A DNA stretch of 64,000 nt. Source: Narcine bancroftii (lineage: Eukaryota). The stretch spans positions 122,698,001-122,762,000 of the forward strand of contig NC_091477.1 in NCBI RefSeq assembly GCF_036971445.1, given 5' to 3'. The position numbers and the translations under genes are program-made. The notes below the pieces were generated by a model. That model saw only the letters and a list, made by a program, of their open reading frames with translations. It was not told where the DNA came from and searched no databases. The first letter of the stretch is position 1. Each line of letters begins with the position of its first letter. Positions 1 to 13,086 of this stretch are shown piece after piece.

Positions 1-38
1 GTCACCATGCCGCCATATTTCGATATTTCACAAATTAC

Positions 39-359
39 CTGAGCAAGTAACTCCGGCAGCTTCGATTTCCTTGGAGCAGTTCGAATGAGCCAGGGATCTC
101 CTTTCGCATTTCCACGGGTCATTCTCGGTGCCATTGCAGTGAAGTTCAGCGTGCAACATGGGCCATTTTCCAGTTCCAAACTCCGAATTTCCTGATGCAG
201 ATACAGCGTCACCGCAGCCAAGGTAATTGCACAAGACTTGAGCCTCATTCATATCCCATCCCCGACCACAAACAATGAGTAAGTAAGAATGGGAATTGCT
301 GGCCTCCACTCTTCCTGCACAAGGGCTGCCCCCGTCAGACAGTTCCACGCGCTGTTTTA
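39..359 (-). CDS. SRCR (group B) domain exon of a CD5/CD6/CD163/DMBT1-like scavenger receptor; gene continues beyond the left edge
   Basis: Translates KQRVELSDGGSPCAGRVE...IVCGRGWDMNEAQVLCNYLGCG...LHCNGTENDPWKC...NC...AAGVTCS, with the 8 Cys of a group-B SRCR. Acceptor CCTTACACATAG| before 359 and donor |GTAATT after 39. Length 321 nt, phase 1-1. Confidence 0.9.
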
Positions 360-904
360 CTATGTGTAAGGAAAAAAAAGTAGTTCGTTATTTCTATTTA
401 AAAAAACGGCAATGATGAAAAAGAAATCGGGGACCTCGTGCATGTGGTGTTTCTACAAAACACGAACCAGTGGCGCTGTAAACAGAAAATAATGTTCTTC
501 ATCCGCCATCAATCTATACGACGGGGCATCAGTGACGGGTTAAATTAGCATTCGGAGCTGTCAATACCAACAACGTCCATGCAAACAGCTTTTGGAGTTT
601 CATGAACATGGAAATGGATTTTTTTTTACAAGAAATCGGAAGAGCTCAGGAACTTCGTGTCCAAGTGACCCAAATGTTACCCTAATATTCAGCATCTGCA
701 GCTCCGTGCGGTTTCGCGCCCTCAGTATCCTGTCCCTTTGCCTTTTTCCGAATATCAACAGGATCGATTAATTTCCTTGGATAAAAACAGTATCATTCGG
801 TGCAGCAGGACTGGCTTCCTTTTCTGAGGTACAAGGTTTGTTTTCAAGGCATTATCGTCAAGACGTTGGGGTTCATGGGCATAGTGGGAGCCCGTTGGGA
901 TACA

Positions 905-1260
905 TGGAACAGTACAGAAGAGTACAGAACCTTCGGCCCACCATGTGGTGCCGACCCATGTAAACCAACTCCATAACAATCCCTCCCTCAAACCCACAAC
1001 CCTCTGGGGTTTTTTTTCTAACAACCATGTGCCTGTCTGAGAGTCTTTTGAATCTTCCTATTATACCAGGCTCCACCAGCACCGCCGGCAACGCATGCCA
1101 GACCCCCAAACCTTTCTCCACTCACCTAAAACAAATGTTCTCTTTCAATCCCATCTAAGTCTCTCATGATCTTATACACCTCTCATCTTCGTCGCTCTAA
1201 AGAGAAATTCCTCAGCTCTGTTTGCCTCGCATCATAGGAGATCTTCTCCAATCCACTACA
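905..1260 (-). mobile_element. CR1 LINE 3' fragment
   Basis: Typical CR1 3'-end sequence (GRRFCTLLYCSM-type tail, QRVVG motif) on the minus strand. Confidence 0.65.
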
Positions 1261-1469
1261 TCCTCTCTAAAGCATAGATCCATAGAGCTTAGAACATTAC
1301 AGTACAGAAGCAGGCACTTTGGCCCTTCTAATCTGTGTCGAACTATTAATTACCACTACGTTGTCTCGTGGGCCTTCCTCGTTTTCTGTTTACTCTCTTT
1401 GGAATTTTCCATTATTTAACACACGGTAATGATTCGTGCTGAATCGTTAGTCTTCTGATCTATTTTAGG

Positions 1470-2500
1470 TAGAGAACACAGAACATTACAGCCAAGTACA
1501 ATTCACCCCCACCCCGACAATCTTTGTAATCCTACTCCACAGAATCTCACTTCGCACCCTTACGTGTCCATTTTCTTCTTACAACCATGTGATTAACATA
1601 TCTCATTGATTGTCGTTCTTGCACCAGCTTCCATCTACATCCCAGTAGCATTCCAGTCACCCACTACTCTCCGACTCAAGAACGCACCGCTGACATCTCC
1701 CCTAAACTTTCTGCTACTTAACTGAAACTCGCGCTAGTATTTACCATTGTCAACCCAGGAAAATATTGCTGGCTATCTACTCTGTCGAAGTCTCTCATTG
1801 TGTATATACGTTCACCTCTCATTCTTCATTGCTCCAAAGATAAAGGCCCTAGCTCTAGGCTGTGCAATCCATGAAGCATCCGGGAAAATCGCTACTGCAC
1901 CTTCTCCATTTCTTCCATAACTTCCCTGTACCAAGTGCCCAGAACTGGCAAAATACTCCAAGTCTGGTTTAACCAGAGCTCGTCGCTCTTAAACTCAATC
2001 CTCCGAGTGATGAAGGTGAAGACACCATAACCATCCTGTTCAACCATGCGGCAACTTTGAGGAATGTATAGACCTGGACCTCAACAACTTTATCAAGGAT
2101 CCTGCCATTAACCACATCTACAGGTTCACTATCCGAAGTGCATAACTTCACATTTATCCAGGTTGAACTCCATCTGCCACCTCTCTGCCCAATTCCGCAT
2201 CCTGCAATAAACTGTTGTAATCTTCGACAACGTTCTATACTATCCACAACTCTTGCAACTATTGTATTATCTGCAAATATATGGTGCCACACCTCCATTT
2301 CTTCATCCAAATCATTCATAAAAATCATAAATGTAGGGATCCCAGAACATATCCCAGAAGAACACCACTATTCACTGAACAGCATATGTTCCGATTTCTA
2401 CTACCCTCTATTTTCTGCAGGCAAGCTAATTACGAATTCAAGCTGCCAAGGTCCATATATCTCCTGTCTCATAAGTTTTTGAATGGGTCAACCATGGGGG
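1470..2500 (-). mobile_element. CR1 LINE, degenerate RT and 3' end
   Basis: ORF 1969-2328 IFMNDLDEEM...FADNTIVARVVDS...RRLQQ matches the CR1 RT pattern IYINDLD...FADDTK. Confidence 0.8.
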
Positions 2501-3477
2501 ATATACAGGTATACCTGTTTTTTACATACATTATTTAAAATTTAAAACCACATGTTTGCACATGTGATATGTGTGTAATATATAACCCCCTACAAACTCA
2601 AGGAAAGAGAAAAAGAACAGGACAAGAGAACCACAGCAGGAGTACTTCACTTTTATGAGAGAGAGAGCGAGAGAGAGAGAGAGAGATTCATTTTAAAGGT
2701 TTACCTGATTCAGTTGAACAACGCGAAACCTTTCCCTGCTGCTTATATTAAATATTCCACAAAGAAAGACGAGTAATTTAGATTCCATTTAATTACCATA
2801 TTAGGAATTAGTTTGACAGTGAATAAATCATTTTTAATTTTATATTTATTCACCAACATTATATTCCTCGAAAGGAAGGAAACATGAAAGCCGTGAAAAA
2901 TAGAGGAAATGTGAAAAAGGAACAAATTCGAAAAACGTTTCTCAGCCTGAAAACCAATAGGTTGAACATTGAAAACAAGGAGATGAATTATGTTTATTTA
3001 AAATAATTTAATTGAATGAACAGGGTTCTCCCAACAGATTCACAGGGACTTCCTCTCCTTGCTGAACTTTCCATTGAACCGTAGACATGAAAAGCAAAGT
3101 AAGAGTCCTGACTTCCTGTTAGACCCCACTGGACACCGCAGAGATTGGTCACTCTGTCCAGCAGCGGGACCCTGACCTGACGCAGCCAAGGGGAAGAGGA
3201 CTTACACACTTGGAAACCAGCTCCTCATTCTGTTGCCGACCAGACCAAATAACGGTACACGGACCAGGTTATTGGGCTACGGGCGAGAGCAACTCGGACA
3301 GCGAATCCGAGAGGACAGAGCCGAAAACTTCCCCCTGAAATATTGCCGACATCGGCGCGCAACCAGGGTCTCATTGGTGGAAAATACATCTAAGATAACA
3401 ACATTCTAATTAAAACTCGTAATGATCTATTTCCAAGAGCCTTGCGCTAAAGTATTTTTTTAAAGTAAGACAAATTA

Positions 3478-3735
3478 GGGGCGACGCGGTTAGCGTAGCG
3501 GTTGGTGCAACGACTTTCCAGCGCCTGCGATCGGGACTTGAGTTCGAATCCCACCTTATCTGTAAGGAGTTTGTACGTTCTCCCCGTCTTTGCGTGGGTT
3601 TTCCCCGGAGGCTTCGGTTTTTTCCACCCTTCAAAAACGTACCGGGGATTGTATGTTATTTGGGTGTAATTGGACGGCACGGGCGCGAGTGCCGAAATGG
3701 ACTTACCGCCATGTATAACTCAAGATAAAGAAACT
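3478..3735 (+). mobile_element. HE1-like tRNA-derived V-SINE (elasmobranch)
   Basis: A-box-like TAGCGTAGCGG, B box GTTCGAATCC (3542-3551), V-domain GGAGTTTGTACGTTCTCCCCGT...GCGTGGGTTTTCC, and a CR1-like tail. Confidence 0.85.
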
Positions 3736-3828
3736 CTACGCTAAAGGCAGCTCGTGACAGGATTTTAGACAAAAATAATGCATCCAAGTGAGTGAATAAG
3801 AATGTTCCACAGCGCATGGCGCAAATAC

Positions 3829-4140
3829 CTTTACAATAGATGTTCACCATCGCCCCAGATTGGCACTGCTCCTGGTTCGAGACGGTGAAAGAACATTCCG
3901 TAAATGAAGTCTCGGTTCCATTGCATTGAAATGTGTTCAGTAAAAGCGGCCCGTACTCGGCTGAGACAGGTTTGAATTGTAAGATGTCATACAACCCGCA
4001 TCCAGTCTCTCGACACACTATTTCTCCATACCGTGCAGTCCATTGAGTACTACAGACGGGCATCCACTGATCCCTGTACTTAACCAATAAATCTCCGACA
4101 CACGGTTCAAGCGGACCCACCATCCTCAATTCTCCGAAAC
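3829..4140 (-). CDS. Upstream, more divergent SRCR (group B) domain exon of the same gene
   Basis: FGELRMVGPLEPCVGDLLVKYRDQWMPVC...EIVCRETGCG...FQCNGTETSFTEC...QC...VNIYCK, 8 Cys. Acceptor TTTGTTTCAG| and donor |GTATTT. Length 312 nt, phase 1-1. Confidence 0.88.
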
Positions 4141-4282
4141 CTGAAACAAATCCAAATGAAAAAAAAACTAATTGTGGAAAATGAAGCCAAATAATATCCC
4201 CAGTCGTTAAAAAAAAAGCAGAATAGACGAAAATTTGAGGAAAAAATATGGATTAAATATATGTTCTACGCTCCCGTGTTAC

Positions 4283-4354
4283 CTTCTGCTGTTTCAGAGT
4301 TTTCGATCTTCTCTTCATCTCCGAATGATCTAAGATAAAGTGTCACAGACAAAA
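4283..4354 (-). CDS. Candidate short N-terminal spacer exon of the SRCR gene
   Basis: Strong donor AAG|GTAACA after 4283. The frame (LSVTLYLR)SFGDEEKIENSETAE(G) joins in phase 1 to the 4140 exon. The acceptor is ambiguous (4354 or 4329). Confidence 0.45.
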
Positions 4355-4984
4355 CTGCGGAATCTCTAATTTGCCTGCTGCTTTTCCATATTTCGCGGCA
4401 GCTCTTAATTTGAGATCTATATTCCTTCTTTCAACTCTTCATAGTTATGAATGGGCCGGAGACGCACTAACTGTCGATTTGACAAGGCTCCCATAAGTTC
4501 CATCAAGCATGTCAGTTCGTCTGCACGGAGCGTCCCATTTCCAATAAATACATATGGAAGGACAGAATCCAGTTGGAGTCCTGTAGCCAAGCATCAATCA
4601 AAGAGGATGTGCGCTGGGTGCTCAGGTTAAAGCCCACACGAACAGTGGTCAAAGTGGACAAAATCGCATCATCTATCAACTCCAACCTGACCGATTGCCT
4701 CCATTTACGCATGGCGATCTGATTAAGCAGGTCAACTTCCCGACACTTTATTATTTCGAAATAATATTTGTTTTACTGTATGTACATAGGTACAATGTAT
4801 GCGTATCATTTATTTGTATGTGTGTTATATCTGTAAGTGTGTTTGTACTGTTTAACACCGGGAATTGGAGAACAATGCTTCATTGGGTTCTACTGGTACA
4901 AACGGATGATCATTAAAACTTGGACGAACTTGAAACGTTTAGAAACTTATAACAATTTACAATGGGGCAACACGAAGACTCTTT

Positions 4985-5120
4985 TGAGTTAGGGGCTGAA
5001 TACATAATAGAATATACGGTTTGTATATGAAACAAGGTAAATGAGGTTGAAGCGCAGTTAGTAATGGGCAGACACGACATTTTGGGCATAGCGGAGATGT
5101 GGCTGAAGAGGGGTCGCCAG
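4985..5120 (+). mobile_element. CR1 ORF2 endonuclease N-terminal fragment
   Basis: NKVNEVEAQLVMGRHDILGIAEMWL resembles the APE-type EN start NKVDEL...YDIVGITETWL. Confidence 0.6.
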
Positions 5121-5184
5121 CGCTCTATCCTATTTCATTTATTCAGGAGACTTCAATATCCAGCACCTTTGTTTTATACACTCT

Positions 5185-5640
5185 TTTCCAATTGTTTCCA
5201 CCAACCCCCTCCGAGTCCGTGTAAATCCTTAACCACAGCCCCAGTTCCCCTGGTCCCAGCACGCTTCAGCTCGGCTCATCGGAACACCTCCCGCCTTCCT
5301 ATCCAATCATGGTGCAAATGTCCCAGGAATTGAAACCGACTTCTTCCACACCAGTGTTTCAGCCACTCGTGCAGCCGTTCACTGACCTCATAACCCTGCG
5401 CCAGTTTGCACGTTCGTAATCCTGTTTTTAGGTTTTGCTTTTTCATTTCATCTAACAACTGCTCCGATTCCTTTCGCAGATGTTCTATATGTGCCACGAC
5501 AACGAGATCATCCCACTTCTAATCTCCTCCGTCCTCAGATGAGGTGTCGCGAACCTGGCATCGCGCAGGCAACTCAGCTTTCGGGACTCTCGATGCTCGC
5601 TACACAGAACAGTGTACATTCCCCTCGTTGAACTCCGTCT
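5185..5640 (-). mobile_element. CR1 ORF1 SGNH-esterase fragment
   Basis: ORF 5276-5497 LHEWLKHWCGRSRFQFLGH..DWIGRREVFR matches the esterase region of fish CR1 ORF1. Confidence 0.65.
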
Positions 5641-7974
5641 TCTCTGACCGAGTCCATTTTGATCCCATTTACCAACGCGCCCCGGGTCTTATGTGATATC
5701 TTTTATGGAGAACATATTAAACAAAGTTATTTGAGAAATAGGTCAGGGCATTTGGTCAAAGGAGAGGCTGGTTGAGTGTATGGAAACGGCAGCAATTAGA
5801 CCGAGCGCAGATGGTAAACAGGGAAAGTATGCAAATTGATGGGAGTCCTGCAACAAGAGGAAATGCGTTGAAATGCCCAATACCCCTTAATTTTACTACT
5901 TCCTCAATTTTAACTCCACAAGTCATCGGGTAAAACCTGGCAGAAACTCGCAACCAAATAAATGATCCTCGAAGAATCGGGGCCCACTTTGTTAAAATCA
6001 TGTCTCTTTACAGAGCCGATGTCGACAATCGGTTCAAGGACAAGAACGAGGAAGAACTAACTTCCAACCCTCGGTACATGGACGTCATATTCGATTCTCA
6101 GGGAGCACTTCGAGGGAATTCAAGCGTCCTGTCCTTGGAGCTCCGAATAAAATCGGTAAAACAACCCGCATTTCCAATTGGGGATTCGGTGACCCGTCGA
6201 GAGCCTGAAAATAGATCTCGTTTGCCAGGGAAACAGTTACACTGATATTTGTCTATGTTCTCATTACGCGCTTTGCTTAATTTAATTCAAACGTGTCCTT
6301 CTTGAATTTCAAAATCGGATTTAACTCCTCCATTATAGAAACTGCACTATTTTACATTGAAATGAGGGCCAATCCATGAGGAACATTACTGGAAACCAAC
6401 CTAGAATATACCACTTACCTCTTTGAGTCTATTATAAATAATGTCCCCATGTATAAGATTCAACAAACTTGGGATTTGGTATTGTCAAAGCCCTTGTTAC
6501 ATTTTAGTCAGATGTTACTAGTGGTTCTTCACAGTCAACAGATCTATGGCGCATTGTTCCGGATCAGTGAGCAGAATGAGAAACGGCTGAAAACTTCTTC
6601 CCATGAAAATCCCCTGAAGATCAAATCTTCTGTTTATGAGCAATGCGGGCCTGTAAATTCGTCTACACTTGAAAACCCGGCTCAAATAAGAACGACTAAT
6701 CAATGCCGATGAAATGTACGATTGATCCCTGGAGTTGTAGCGGCATAGAACGTTGCACGGCACCTCAGCCCATCTTGTCACTGCGAACCATCTCTATCCA
6801 TTCAATTTCCCATAACTCAGGTATCCTTCTATGTTATCTCATTTCGAGTTCTCATGTAAAGGTTTCCTGGGCTCTGATTTCCTGGTTTCAATTAAATTCT
6901 GTGTAAATTAATACTTCCATGAATTCCAGTTTTAACTACTGTCCCTAATAATAAACCAATTTTATTTGTCTTAGATATTTGTTTAAGGCAGACTTTCTTA
7001 TATCAAGTATAAACCTCGTAATTTGTACACCTGTTAGGTCAGTCCTCCGCCTCCTGTATTCCACAGGTACCGGACCGAGAATGGCCAAACTCTCCTCACA
7101 ACTGAACACGCTCCAGGCTAGTCATTCTAATCTGCATCCTTTCCATTTTCCTCTTGTGATGGCCACAAATTCCCACGAACAGCAAGCGTGGGCTAACTAA
7201 CTTATTTAGGAAAGTTCCAGAAAGGCATCATACTGAGAACTCAAATTTCCGAATTGTGTTCACTTCGAGGAAAATCGAAGACAGAGGAACTTACACCTTG
7301 GGATTTGGAGGACCAACACGAGTATCCACAGCTCCTGCATCATTTGACATTGGAGGATTGGCATGCAGGAAAATGTGCTCAGTAGATATTCGGAGACCGT
7401 GCAGCTCAGCGTTGTGATGATGAACCAGACAGCGGCTCCATTCAAACGCTAGAAGAATTTCAACAATTGCTAATCTGCAATTAGCTCTGAAACTTTTATT
7501 GCATGTAACGGGAATCGGTACACCAATAGCAAGCATCGTTGCCATTTTAGGCAAAGTGTTTGAGGGGGTGGGTGGGTGTTGGCTCTAGTGACCGGAGACG
7601 TCAAAATGTTCCGAGTTCATGTTTAAACTCAACAATCACGTCAGAGTTGAGCACAAAACGATCGAATCGTGAACAGTTCCAGAGAAGTCCTTCTGGAAAT
7701 ATAATCAAATGTGCAATAGAATTTCTCAGCCCAGCAGAACGTAGCAAATCGCTGAATAACCTAGTGCCCAAATGAAATTCTCTTTGCTGCAGGAATCCCA
7801 ATGAAAACCCAGTTTAATAAAATTATGAGCATTTGATAGCCATTCAGTTTCGTTGTTTAAATTTGCCTCCGTCTACCTTGGCCATGTATTTGTTGCATTT
7901 TCGTTTAGGAATTGAGATATTTCTCTGTGCTTCACGGCTGATGTTCAACCTGAAATCTTTTTATTTCAGATATT

Positions 7975-10380
7975 TCTTTCTTTTTTAATCTTTTTTTATT
8001 AAGTTTTCACAATATAGTCAACATAAGAAGAATTAAAATTCTATATGTAAATTCCAATATAAAATGTGACATATTGGAAATAATTCTCCTAACAAAGTAA
8101 TATTATATTTAAAATCCCAACTAATCTACTAAAACATCATATATATATATTTTTTTAAAACAACAATGGCCTATCCGGATGATCTGTCAAATAGTTTAAA
8201 ACATCGCTCAGGTCCACATCTACAGGTCACAAAAACGGCAAGAATTCTATTTCATCTGGAAAGGAAGAGTAAATTTCTAGGATAACGCCAGTTTTATAGC
8301 CCATGAAAATAATCTATAAATGGTTTCCATGTTCTTCAAATTTAGTAGTTGTAAGAATAAAGAAAAACATGACACAAGAAAGCCATTGAAATAATATCGG
8401 AGAATCCGGATCCTTCTAAGTGAAATGGCTCTTCTAGCCAAAGATGTAGAAAAAGTTCTAACTCAATATGCAAACAAACTACATCTGTAATTCCAAAAAG
8501 AGCAGTTAAGGGGTTATAGGTTGTAATTGAACAACTGGTATAATTGACAGAGTTTTAAAAATATCTTTCCAAATTTTTTCCAACACTGGACATAACCAAA
8601 ACAGATGAGTCAATGAAGCCACATCAGCATCGCATCTATCACAAGTAGAGCTCCTATCACGAAAGATACAAATTAGTTTATCTTTAGACATTAAAGTTCT
8701 ATGAAGGATTTTAAATGGTATTAAAGAATGACGTGGAGAAAGTGAAGAAGTATTAATTAGTCTAGTAATTCTTCTCCACGTTTAGTTGAAATTCCAAATC
8801 CCAAGTTTGTTGAATCTTATACATGGGGACTGATCTCAAATTTGATATCAGTGTATAAATATTACCAAATAAACCCTTCTGAAAGAGGTTTAACCAGAAC
8901 AAAGTGTCAAGTAAATCTGCTTGTTGTAATGTTAGATAATTAGACATTACTGTATTCAGGAAATTTCTAATCTGTAGATGTCTAAAAAAAGCATATATGG
9001 CAAATTATATTTGGTAGAAAGTTGTTCAAAAGGCATCAAATAAATCAACAAAATAGATAATTCCTTTGATCTTCCAAATAAGGACCATTTGGTCAAGAGT
9101 AGATGGTGGAAAAATAATTAAGATATATAATATTAGCCAAGGCACAAAAAAAATTAGGCAAAAAAAACTTAGAAAATGAAACCAAATAAGTAATGAATAT
9201 GTAATAATTGGATTGGAAATATACCTACTGATCTTAGGTAGTCCAAAAGGTCGTGCTGGTCCTAAAAAAAAGAAGCTAAGGAAGAATTCTGGACACAATT
9301 CCATCCAAATCTACCCAGAGTAGATGATCAAATGTATCAAAGTGACAAATCCAAAAATTCATATAGTGAATATTAACTGCCCAATAGTAAAATCCTAAAT
9401 TTGCTAAGGCCAGACCATCATCCTTCTTAGGTTTCTGTAAGTGAAGCTTATTCAATTTGGAACCTGACCATTCCAAATATAAGCTGAAATCTTAGAATCA
9501 ATATTATCAAAATAAGATTTTAGAATAAAAATAGGACAGCTTGAAAAATGTATAGCATTTATGTAATATTGTCAACTTAAAAGCATTAATACGACCAACC
9601 AAAGACCAAATAAATTGGGACTATCTAGTAAAAGATTGTTTCACAAAATCTAATAAAGTTAAAAAAAAATCAATTTAAACCAATCTTTAAATTTCCTACT
9701 GATTTAGTAAAATACTCTTTAACAATCTTAAATGGCATATTATCATAAATAAGATAATGTGAGTTTATTGGGAATAATTTGCTTTTAGGGAAATTTCATT
9801 TATTTCCAGAAAATCTCCCAAAATCCAATCACAGGGATAGAACGAGCAGACTAAAAGATCATTTGCTAATAGAGAGATTTTATGGAGTTCATCTCCTCCT
9901 TTACTAATACCTTCAACCTCATTTGAATTACGAAGTCCAATTGCAAGGGGTTCTAACACCAAATGAAAAAGTAAAGGTCTGAGGGGACAGCCTTATCTAG
10001 TTCCTCGAAACAATACGAGTGGGAAAGATTATTAGTAATAATTACTGCAGTTGGTTTAAAATAAAGTAACTTGATCCAGAATTAAATCCAAAAACAAAAT
10101 TGAACCTTTCTAAAATTTCAAACAAGTATCTCCATTCAATTCCATCAAACGCTTTCTCTGCATCTAATGATACCACACATTCTGAAATCTTAGATGAAGC
10201 AGAATATTTGATATTCATTAGTCTTCAAACATTAAAATCCAATTTGATCTTTTGCGATAACCTGAGGAAGAATGTTTTCTGATCTATTCGCTAAAATTTT
10301 AGAAACAATGAAAGAGTCAACATTCAAAAATGATATAGGTCTATAATTGGACAGTCAGATGAATCTTTAACTTTTTTACC
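7975..10380 (-). mobile_element. 5'-truncated, decayed L1-clade LINE (RT to CCHC to 3' tail)
   Basis: Motifs in order on the minus strand: YRPISFLNVD, SLDAEKAFD, RGTR*GCPL, LEPLAIGLR..HKISLLAND, LQKPKKDDGLAL..YYWA, CDRC..HLFWLC. T-rich tract at about 7975-8000 is the A-rich tail. Confidence 0.9.
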
Positions 10381-11490
10381 CATTGGGCCTGTTCCTACAA
10401 TCACCGTGGGTTGTCATTGCCAACAATTCAGAGCCTGCCATCATTGCATTTTAATTTCTTAACTTTTCTGTCTTTCCCAAACATCTTGTCAAATAATTGC
10501 TGAATTATTTCACCAGATGAAGGATTTTCGGCCCGAAATGTCGACAGTCTATCACTTTCCATGGATGCTCCACGGCTTGCTGTGTTTCTCTGGCACTTTG
10601 TGCATTATACCAGTGGTCCCATGCGGTCAAGAGTTCTGGTCTCCCCTCTTCCCCCTCAAAAGTGTTGGAACCTTATGAGTTGTGCCCTTCTCCTTAACTT
10701 CAGACAAACAAAGTTTACACATTATGTGAGTTGGAAGCAAGCAAATAATCGATTCCCCAAAATTCTCTACCTTCATTATTTGGAACCCTCTTTGTGAATG
10801 GTTGCCCTTCATTTGTATGACCATGTGATCGGAGAGTAATCCCTCTATTACATGAATATGCCCAAGACATCATCGAGGCATTTGAAAACACAGGAGAGTA
10901 GAGATGCTGGACTATGGAACAAAACCAGACCTGCTGGGGGAACTCTGCAGCATTTGTGAAGGAAAAGCACTGATTCAGGATAACGACCCTAAATGGAGAC
11001 CATCCCCTTCCTCCACAGCTGCCGTTTGGCCCGCTGAGTTCCTCCAGCAGGGTGCTTTTTGTTTACTTTGGCGGTTTTTCACCGCAGGCACCTGCAAGAG
11101 ATTGCAATGTTGCCAGAAAGCCTACAGCGCCTGCTTCTGTTTACCTCGCTGACAGAGTATCTGTGCAACATTCTGCTGAATCCCCCCCCCCCCACCCCAC
11201 CAGTTTCCAGATGACACAGGCATGCGCTCCAGGATAGCCTGACTCCAGGGGTTAGAAACAATGAAAGAATCAACATTCAAAAGTGATATAGGTCAATAAT
11301 TGGACAGTCAGATGAATCTTTAACTTTTTTACCCATTGGGCCAGTTCCTGCAATCACCGAGTCATTGCCAACAATTCAGAGCCTGCCATCATTGCATTTT
11401 AATTTCTTAACTTTTCTGTCTTTCCCAAACATCTTGTCAAATAATTGCTGAATTATTTAACCAGATGAAGGTTTTTCGGCACGAAATGTC
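10299..11490 (+). repeat. About 240-bp direct duplication (10299-10541 and 11252-11490)
   Basis: TTAGAAACAATGAAAGA...GGACAGTCAGATGAATCTTTAAC...CCAGATGAAGG..TTCGG..CGAAATGTC occurs twice, nearly identical. Confidence 0.9.
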
Positions 11491-13086
11491 TTGAGGGGGC
11501 TTGAGCTCAGAAAACCCGTGCTCAAGAATGTGCAGATTGCGCCCCTTGTAGAGTCGCACCCGTGTTATACCGGAGTGGCCACAAAGCTCAGAAGGTGGAG
11601 GGAGCTGCACTGAAGGACATCTTTATTTCGCTTATTTTGTCACAAGAACGATTTTTGCTTCCTCCCCAAGCCTGCCTTTCACACAGCAGCATGGGCTCGG
11701 TCTCATACACCCTGAGTGATTATCTCACGGATTCATCTGAACTTACTGTGCAACCGTTGCCAGCAGGCACTGGTTATCTGTAAATCAAGTTGGGCAGCAT
11801 CTGTGGAAAGAAAGTTGCAGGGCATACTCTTTTAGTTTTATTTCTCGGTCTCATGCTGGGAACGATGAGACATTTCTTCCGCGAGACGTGTAAAGGAGAT
11901 GCTTGAAGTCACCGTGACACGGTTGCAAACCTGTGGATTGGATTAAAGTTGGTAGCTTTATCTGAGTTCTGACAGAGGTTTCATGCCACGCAAATACACG
12001 TTCTGATGCTAATCACTGAAGAGCTGTTTCTTTTCGACCATGGGAAGTGAAGTCTCCTGCCCTTTTATCTTGTATTGAACGATGGCCACGTTCATGCAAC
12101 AACACCTCTTATTTGTCCTCTGTCTTACACCTGGTAAAAACATGACAAGGTGCTCCACAGATTCGCTTTCCACACGATGGGGGTGGGATTTACACAAGGA
12201 TGTTTTGGCTGGGTTCTAACGATGCAAGGGGCAGGATAGAATCACTGAAAGTTTGGCGGGTGGAATCTCGGTCATTCGGCCCGCATCGTGGATCTAGCAT
12301 TGGTGGCCGTCGGCGGTCACTCTTTGCTGGGGACAGCAAATGGCAGATGGCGAAAACTAGTGTCCAACCCACGCGTCCTCAGAATTTGCAATGACCATCG
12401 AGTTGACAGATCATGGGGTCCAGAGCACAATTACAGTCCTCAAATCCAATGGGTCTCTGCTGACCAAGTTGTCCACCTAGTTTAGACCCGCTCGCCCGAT
12501 TTTGACCCATATCCTGAAAGCCTTTCCCATCCATTTAACTGTCCTTTCAACGTTATAATTGTATACGCCTCTGCCATTCCTCTAGCAGTCTGTTCTATTC
12601 ATCTCTCCCCTCTGTGTGAAAAAAATGCCCTTCAAGTCCATTTCAAATCTTTCTCCTGGCAACTTAAACCTCCGCCCTCCTGTTTTGGAGTCTCCCACTC
12701 TATGGGAAAGTCTATGACAGTTTACCTCAGCGATGCACCTTGCGGTTTGATAAACCTGAATAAGACGACCTGCTGCACCGGAAGAAAATTCCCAACCTCT
12801 CCTTGCCGCTCAAGCCCTCCAGCCCTCAGACCATCCTTACGAAAAGAGCATTAGGGAGGAAGGAGAAACGCCGATTTCCCCTTCATTGCTTCTGCTGCCA
12901 TTTGTCTGAGAGGCTCAAGACAGCATTCTCTCTACTTGGGCATAGAGCGCTAATTCTGTTGCTCTCTCTCTCCGAATGCTATGTAGCCTGCTGGTATTCA
13001 CAAATCACTTGACATCGTGTAAGAAGCCACACCCAGCCCACTTAACCTCGAAAATCGCTCACCAATCTTGGATTAGTGGGATTGGG

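Noticed and set aside
3478-3560. tRNA gene
   Set aside because: The tRNA-like head continues into a V-SINE body that recurs many times in the window.
3656-3828. Hydrophobic C-terminal extension of the SRCR ORF resembling a transmembrane segment
   Set aside because: Read-through past the donor at 3828 into intron and SINE sequence.
7235-7420. EDRGTYT, resembling the Ig D-x-G-x-Y-x-C motif
   Set aside because: No Cys at the expected position, no upstream C/W motifs and no convincing splice sites.
12190-12372. Signal-peptide-like WTLVFAICHLLSPAKS as the SRCR leader exon
   Set aside because: No in-frame ATG (GTG only) and no good donor in the right position.
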